Under the pieces are notes generated by a model, which was not told where the DNA came from, made no database searches, and was given only the letters and a program-made list of their open reading frames with translations. This document shows positions 58,028-64,000 of a stretch of 64,000 bases of DNA, in pieces. The DNA is from Veleropilina oligotropha. Taxonomy: Eukaryota. The translations under genes were made by a program, and so were the position numbers. The stretch lies in assembly GCA_048128005.1 (NCBI GenBank), contig JBEUKZ010000068.1, forward strand, positions 248,001 through 312,000. The letters are read 5' to 3'. The stretch's first letter is position 1, and each line of letters starts with the position of its first letter.

Positions 58028-58560
58028 CCCCAGTCGGTTAGGGGTTAGAATATGCCGACTGCTCTCCCTGCAGAGGGGTAAGATCCCCCCAAATGGGAGC
58101 CACCTGTTTGCCGTGGGTGGCGACCCGTGATGTTGGAGAAGAGGATCCTGGTAGTTGAGCTTCGGCCTCGGCTGAAGCAACACACTACTTTGGCCTCGGA
58201 TTCAGCTAGACGGGAGGTCAGATAGGCCCTATCTGATCAATCGGCTTGTCACGCCGTGCCCTGGGATAATCTAATTTTAACATAACATCATTTAAATTTT
58301 ACATTTCAAAAACATGTCATATCATAGATCACTTAACACCCATTGATCTATATCCCAGAAGGCGGTGGCTGAAGGGCCAATCAAGTGAGGAATGAATGGT
58401 GGGATATACACTTCCCACCACTAATATTCATTCACTTATTTGAGTATATCACCCGGGTATCCCTGGCATTGGGTGCTGGAACCCCGCACCCGTCAAATGC
58501 CCCCTTGTTGGGCTCCGGGGTGGGCGGGGACCTCGGGTGATGAAACACTAAACACACAAT

Positions 58561-60051
58561 ATGGCACAAAAATTACGACATCACGCAACCAAAAGGCGAA
58601 AAAATATTAATGAGATTGATTCTGATTCTGATGACGATGCTAAATTCATGGCCGCTATCCGGTCTATCCCTTTCGATCCTGAGAGAGAGGCACCATATCA
58701 ACCAAATCCTCCTCCACCTGTACCGGAAAGTTGGCCCCGTTTCTTGACGATCGAGGCACTTAACTCAAATAATCCAATTACTTCTTTGAGTCCCTTCGCC
58801 ATCTCCAAGGCCATCCTTGGTCTTGCTGGCGAACCTCGATCAGTCAAGAAACTTCGAGATGGCACCCTACTGGTCGAATGCGCCAGGAAGAGCCATGCGG
58901 AGAATCTCCTTCGAACTGACACGTTTGTAAACATCCCCGTAGAAATCAGACCGCATCGGTTCTTGAACACCTCCAAGGGAGTTATTAGATCTAGGGATCT
59001 GCAGGGATGCAGTGAACAGGAACTGCTGGAAGGCATGAAGAGCCAGGGTGTGACCAAGGTCACACGCCTGACCATGTTCAAAGATGGAAAGAAGATCCCC
59101 ATCAATACCATCATTCTGGACTTCCGCCTTCCTGTTCTACCTAGAACCATTAAAGCAGGTTACATAATCATCCCTGTTGAGCCCTACATCCCAAACCCCT
59201 TGAGATGCTTCAAATGCCAGTCATTTGGGCATCACAAGGACCGATGCAGAAGGAATCCCGCATGTGCTCGATGTAGCGAGGAGGGTCACGAGTCTGACTC
59301 TTGCTCCAAGCCACCACTATGCTGCAATTGCAAGGGTAAGCATTTTGCTTACTCCAAGGACTGCCCGAAGTGGAAGCACGAGAAAGAGATCCAAAGGGTC
59401 AAAACTATCGACCGGATCTCTTTCCCTGATGCCAGGAAACTGGTTGAATCCAGGACCACTTCGGGTAAATCCTATGCTGCAATTGCTGCAGCACCGGAGC
59501 AAAAGCCAGTCACTAGATCCTCTTCTACACAAACGGATATCACCTGGCCATTTGGCGAAGCCTTTTTCAGCACTTTGCCATCTCGAAGCAACTTAGCATC
59601 TTCATCATCAGAATCAACTCAAACATCAAAATCCATCAAACCTATCAAACCTTCAACCAAACTTACTCGCAACACTACAAAAGAGACTGCGGCTGTTCCT
59701 AAAGCAGCAGCCTCTAAGAAACATACAAAATCAGATAGAAAGCCCAAAGGGTCCGAGGACCCTATTAAGCTGCATAATCGCTTTGGTCACCTGATGGGTA
59801 CCAACGAACCATCCGATGACCAAATTGATAATACCGATACCATTATAGAGGACCTCGCGTCCGAAATTGTTGCTGCTGCCATGAAGGGTGGGAAGGCGGC
59901 AGCAGACAAATTACACCGGCAGACGGAGGAGAGCCCCGAAACACCTGGGCCGCTTCCTCCTGCCAACGATCCAATGGAAAGCGATCAGCCATTGGATCGC
60001 CCGCACAAGCCAAAACCTCCCATCAAGCCTGTACTTCCACCGAATAAATAG
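58561..60051 (+). CDS. LINE B ORF1 (gag-like, 3 CCHC knuckles)
   Basis: PLRCFKCQSFGHHKDRC, CARCSEEGH, CCNCKGKH; 496 aa intact. Confidence 0.92.
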   Translation: MAQKLRHHATKRRKNINEIDSDSDDDAKFMAAIRSIPFDPEREAPYQPNPPPPVPESWPRFLTIEALNSNNPITSLSPFAISKAILGLAGEPRSVKKLRDGTLLVECARKSHAENLLRTDTFVNIPVEIRPHRFLNTSKGVIRSRDLQGCSEQELLEGMKSQGVTKVTRLTMFKDGKKIPINTIILDFRLPVLPRTIKAGYIIIPVEPYIPNPLRCFKCQSFGHHKDRCRRNPACARCSEEGHESDSCSKPPLCCNCKGKHFAYSKDCPKWKHEKEIQRVKTIDRISFPDARKLVESRTTSGKSYAAIAAAPEQKPVTRSSSTQTDITWPFGEAFFSTLPSRSNLASSSSESTQTSKSIKPIKPSTKLTRNTTKETAAVPKAAASKKHTKSDRKPKGSEDPIKLHNRFGHLMGTNEPSDDQIDNTDTIIEDLASEIVAAAMKGGKAAADKLHRQTEESPETPGPLPPANDPMESDQPLDRPHKPKPPIKPVLPPNK

Positions 60052-60109
60052 GCAAATTTTAACATAACATTACAAACAAATAACTTAATACACACACCAT
60101 TAAACCAAC

Positions 60110-63100
60110 ATGTCAGGCACAATAATACAATGGAATTGTAGAGGCATTAAACCTAATATTGATGAGATCAGTCTATTAATTCAAGAACACAAACCAACAG
60201 CATTATGTCTTAATGAAACCTTCATGAAACTCACAGACAACATACATATCAAAGACCACTCACTATACAATCACATTGTCACTACAGGTGACAAAGCAAC
60301 AGGGGGGGTTTCAATCATTGTCAACAACAGAACACCACACAGTCAGGTCAACTTAAACACCAACTTACAGGCAGTAGCAGTGAAAATATCAACTCACCGA
60401 GTAATAACTATCTGCTCGGTATACTTACCACCTAGTACAAACTTACGACCTACTGACCTTGACAATCTCATCAATCAGCTACCGACCCCATTTATATTGT
60501 GTGGCGATTTTAACGCCCACAGTACGGATTGGGGCGGTACTGATACAGATAAACGGGGACATCAAATAGAGGACTTTATTGGGAGACACAATTTGTGTTT
60601 ATTTAACACTACCAAATCGCCAACATACATGCATCCACCTACAGGCTCACTTACCACCATTGACCTTACCATGTGCGACCCATCTGCTTTCCTGGACTTT
60701 ACTTGGAAAGTTGGTGAGGACCTCCGCGGAAGCGACCACTTTCCAATTTTCCTGGAAAGCACAATTAACCATGCACAAATATACACTGAAAGGTGGAAAC
60801 TTCGCAAAGCAGATTGGCCAAAATTCCAATCTCTTTGCGAAGAGCAATTACACCCAGACCACTTTACTAATGGCGAAGACCCAATATCAAGTTTCTCTAC
60901 AACACTACATGACATTGCAACACTCTCAATTCCAAAGACCTGTCCAAATACCAAACACAAAAATAAACCTTGGTTTAATGAAGACTGCAGACAAGCAATC
61001 AAAGCACGCATACATGCAATTTCAACATTTAAACAGCACCCAACACTACAAAATCTTAATAGCTTTAGGCTATTAAGAGCACAAGCCAGACGTACCATCA
61101 AGCACAGCAAAAGGGAATCCTGGCATTCCTACGTTACCAAACTAAACTCTCGTTCCACTATTAAAAAAACATGGGATATGATCCGTAAAATTAGTGGCAA
61201 ACATACAATCAACTGCATCAAGCACCTTAAAACAACCACATCAGAAGCAACCACAGCGAAAGACATTGCAAACACATTGGCAGATACCTTTTCTGCCAAT
61301 TCATCATCCGCCAACTGCACGCCAAAATTCAGCCGTTTTAAGCATCAAAAAGAAAAAACAAGGCTCAATTTTCGATCCAACAATACAGAGTCGTACAATC
61401 AGCCATTTTCACACAAGGAACTCACAGATTCACTAAACAAGGCACATGACACATCAGTTGGCCCTGATGACATTCACTATCAATTAATTAAGCATTTACC
61501 CGGAACATCACTTACAACTCTACTTGCAATATTCAATACTATCTGGCAAACTGGAACCTTCCCTCCCTCGTGGAGGGAAGCTATTATTATCCCAATTGCA
61601 AAGGCGGGAAAAGATAAATCACATCCCAACAGTTATCGACCCATAGCCCTGACGAGTTGTATTTGTAAAACCATGGAAAGGATGATAAACGAGAGATTAG
61701 TTTGGTACTTAGAATCAAATAATTTACTTACAGAATATCAATGTGGGTTCCGGCGCAACCGGAGCACCACAGATCACTTGGTACGTCTGGAAACTTTTGT
61801 TCGTGAGGCCTTCCTAAACAGACAACATTTAGTAGCTGTTTTTTTCGATCTAGAGAAGGCCTACGACACTACTTGGAAGTACGGCGTTATGAAGGATTTG
61901 TTTGATTTTGGTTTAAAGGGCCACTTGCCCAATTTTATTTCGAAATTCCTTGAGGATAGAAATTTTCAAGTCAAGGTGGGTGACATCCTCTCCGATATCC
62001 ACGATCAGGAGATGGGTGTCCCTCAAGGAAGCATTTTATCAGTCACCTTATTCAGTATTAAAATAAACAGTATCGTCAAATGTATTAGTACTGGCACTGA
62101 CTGTACATTATTTGTTGACGATTTTGGCATTTGCTATCGTTCAACAAATATGAACAGTATAGAACGCCAGTTACAACATGGCCTAAATAAATTACGGATA
62201 TGGTCCGATGAGAATGGATTCAAATTCTCAAAGGACAAAACTAAATGCATGCACTTCTGCCAGCGTCGTGAAATACATGACGACCCTGTGTTGAAGCTGG
62301 ATGACTTTGAGATTCCAGTGGTAGATCAATTTAAATTTTTAGGCCTTGTATTTGACCGAAAACTGTCTTTCATACCGCATTTAAAATACATTAAAGCTAA
62401 ATGTAAAAAAGCTTTGAATTTAATGAAAGTAGTTTCTAATACTGAATGGGGTGCTGATAAAACAGTTTTATTACGACTATACAGATCATTAATTAGATCA
62501 AAACTTGATTATGGGAGCATAGTATATGGCTCTGCTCGCCATTCATATCTTAAAATGCTTGATCCAATCCATAATCAAGGGCTTCGACTTGCACTAGGGG
62601 CTTTCCGCACGTCACCCATGGAAAGTCTCTATGTAGAAGCCAACGAGCCATCGCTTACACACAGACGTGAAAAACTATCACTACAATATGCAATCAAATT
62701 AAAGTCAAACCCATCTAACCCAGCTTTCGAAACTGTCTATACACCAAATTACGAAACTCTATTTCAGGCAAAACCAAACAAAATTGCACCATTTGGCATC
62801 CGCATAAAACCAGCACTACAAAACGCAGGCATACATTTAGGCCAAATTAAAACAAATCACATTCCGGATACTCCACCATGGACACTAAAAGTACCGGTAA
62901 TAGACCTACAGCTTGCATCATTCAAAAAATCAAACACAGACACATCAGATTATCTCACAAAAGTGCACGATCTGAAATTAAAATATTCAGATCGTGCAAG
63001 CATATACACAGATGGTTCAAAAGATGCAGAATTAGTAGGAGCAGCCGCTGTGACTGGCAGACAATGTTTTCAAAACCGTCTGCCAGGCAGCGCGACTATA

Positions 63101-63793
63101 TATACTGCAGAACTAAAAGCAATCGAGCTTGCACTCCATTTTATATCAACAAGTAATAGCAAGCGTTTTATTATCTATTCAGACTCCCTCTCTAGCTTAC
63201 AAGCATTGAGGGAGATGAATAGAAATATCATTGTTCAGGAAATTTTATTAAAATATAACAACCTTTTACCTGACAATGACATTATTTTATGCTGGATACC
63301 GAGCCATATCGGTATCCAAGGCAATGAGAAGGCTGACCAAGCTGCCAAGGCAGCCTCACATTTTAACCATATCTTAAATTGTAAATTACCACACTCGGAT
63401 TTTAAACCAAGCATAAACAAGTATATATATTCTACTTGGCAGCACTCTTGGAGTGAATGCACAAGGAATAAACTGCAGAATGTCCAACCTCTTCTTGGCG
63501 ATTGGGGCCCCTCTTGCAGGCCATCTCGGCGAGAGGAGGTCGTCTTGGCCAGACTGAGAATTGGGCATTCTCACTACACTCACTCCTATTTGCTTAAAGG
63601 GGAGCCTCCACCTGAGTGTATTCCTTGTGCAACTGCCCTAACAATTAAACATATATTATTGGATTGTGTCGATTTGGATCTCGCACGCCAAATGTACTTT
63701 AGGGCAAGCTCACTCCAAGAGTTATTTAAATTCACTAAGCTCGAAAGAATATTCGAGTTTTTAAAACAAGTAAATATTTTCTACAAGTTATGA
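60110..63793 (+). CDS. LINE B ORF2: APE + RT + RNase H + CCHC
   Basis: Same motifs and length (1227 aa) as LINE A ORF2; intact. Confidence 0.95.
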   Translation: MSGTIIQWNCRGIKPNIDEISLLIQEHKPTALCLNETFMKLTDNIHIKDHSLYNHIVTTGDKATGGVSIIVNNRTPHSQVNLNTNLQAVAVKISTHRVITICSVYLPPSTNLRPTDLDNLINQLPTPFILCGDFNAHSTDWGGTDTDKRGHQIEDFIGRHNLCLFNTTKSPTYMHPPTGSLTTIDLTMCDPSAFLDFTWKVGEDLRGSDHFPIFLESTINHAQIYTERWKLRKADWPKFQSLCEEQLHPDHFTNGEDPISSFSTTLHDIATLSIPKTCPNTKHKNKPWFNEDCRQAIKARIHAISTFKQHPTLQNLNSFRLLRAQARRTIKHSKRESWHSYVTKLNSRSTIKKTWDMIRKISGKHTINCIKHLKTTTSEATTAKDIANTLADTFSANSSSANCTPKFSRFKHQKEKTRLNFRSNNTESYNQPFSHKELTDSLNKAHDTSVGPDDIHYQLIKHLPGTSLTTLLAIFNTIWQTGTFPPSWREAIIIPIAKAGKDKSHPNSYRPIALTSCICKTMERMINERLVWYLESNNLLTEYQCGFRRNRSTTDHLVRLETFVREAFLNRQHLVAVFFDLEKAYDTTWKYGVMKDLFDFGLKGHLPNFISKFLEDRNFQVKVGDILSDIHDQEMGVPQGSILSVTLFSIKINSIVKCISTGTDCTLFVDDFGICYRSTNMNSIERQLQHGLNKLRIWSDENGFKFSKDKTKCMHFCQRREIHDDPVLKLDDFEIPVVDQFKFLGLVFDRKLSFIPHLKYIKAKCKKALNLMKVVSNTEWGADKTVLLRLYRSLIRSKLDYGSIVYGSARHSYLKMLDPIHNQGLRLALGAFRTSPMESLYVEANEPSLTHRREKLSLQYAIKLKSNPSNPAFETVYTPNYETLFQAKPNKIAPFGIRIKPALQNAGIHLGQIKTNHIPDTPPWTLKVPVIDLQLASFKKSNTDTSDYLTKVHDLKLKYSDRASIYTDGSKDAELVGAAAVTGRQCFQNRLPGSATIYTAELKAIELALHFISTSNSKRFIIYSDSLSSLQALREMNRNIIVQEILLKYNNLLPDNDIILCWIPSHIGIQGNEKADQAAKAASHFNHILNCKLPHSDFKPSINKYIYSTWQHSWSECTRNKLQNVQPLLGDWGPSCRPSRREEVVLARLRIGHSHYTHSYLLKGEPPPECIPCATALTIKHILLDCVDLDLARQMYFRASSLQELFKFTKLERIFEFLKQVNIFYKL

Positions 63794-64000
63794 TCTTATA
63801 ATTTTATTTCACAATTTTATATCTTGTTTTATTATTATACTTGTTTTTTTATCAACGTTTTTATTTTTATATTGTTGCTTTGTTTTTTACCTAAATTTGC
63901 AATGGCTTTATTTTATTTGGAAGTGTTTTATTTGCATGATTTATTTTTATTAGTATGTATCCCAATTTTTTAACATTTTATATTAAATTTGTAATAAGTA

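Larger units (their letters stand above)
58028..64000 (+). mobile_element. LINE family B piece B3: intact I/Nimb-like LINE, 3' end beyond the window
   Basis: 5' UTR, intact ORF1 and ORF2, start of AT-rich 3' UTR. Confidence 0.93.

Noticed and set aside
55705..58560. Triplicated LINE 5' UTR as an assembly stutter or LTRs
   Set aside because: The copies differ by many substitutions and indels, end at different points and lack TG..CA, PBS or PPT.

Overview
AT-rich, intron-containing eukaryotic DNA (animal, probably a marine invertebrate; host not identifiable from this window) made up mostly of mobile elements. (1) 2898-20110: an apparently complete ~17.2-kb integrated Polinton/PLV-like DNA virus with AG...CT termini, a 5-bp TSD (GGCCT) and modular TIRs. 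It encodes an RVE integrase, an A32-like ATPase, probable major and minor jelly-roll capsid proteins and several membrane proteins. In place of a canonical pPolB it has a 1288-aa PolB-palm + SF1 helicase + HNH fusion. It also carries a secreted Cys-rich protein, an AP-1/E-box promoter and a Penelope relic with a hammerhead core. (2) A frameshifted CR1-type LINE, plus MITEs, Helitron/HINE-like elements and SINEs. (3) A spliced gene from 25832 to at least 48255 joining a SET domain, a 19-aa repeat array and a tyrosine-recombinase-like domain; its intron 2 holds a degenerate DIRS1-type element. (4) 48733 to the window end: a head-to-tail, all-sense chain of I/Nimb-like LINE pieces joined at element 5' ends. 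One joint falls exactly at the cleavage site of an HDV-like ribozyme, and the chain includes a 99-nt sense fragment of a gene from a relative of the Polinton-like virus. The chain is best read as one serial template-jumping retrotransposition product that captured viral RNA. All calls are by eye from motifs; no database search was run.
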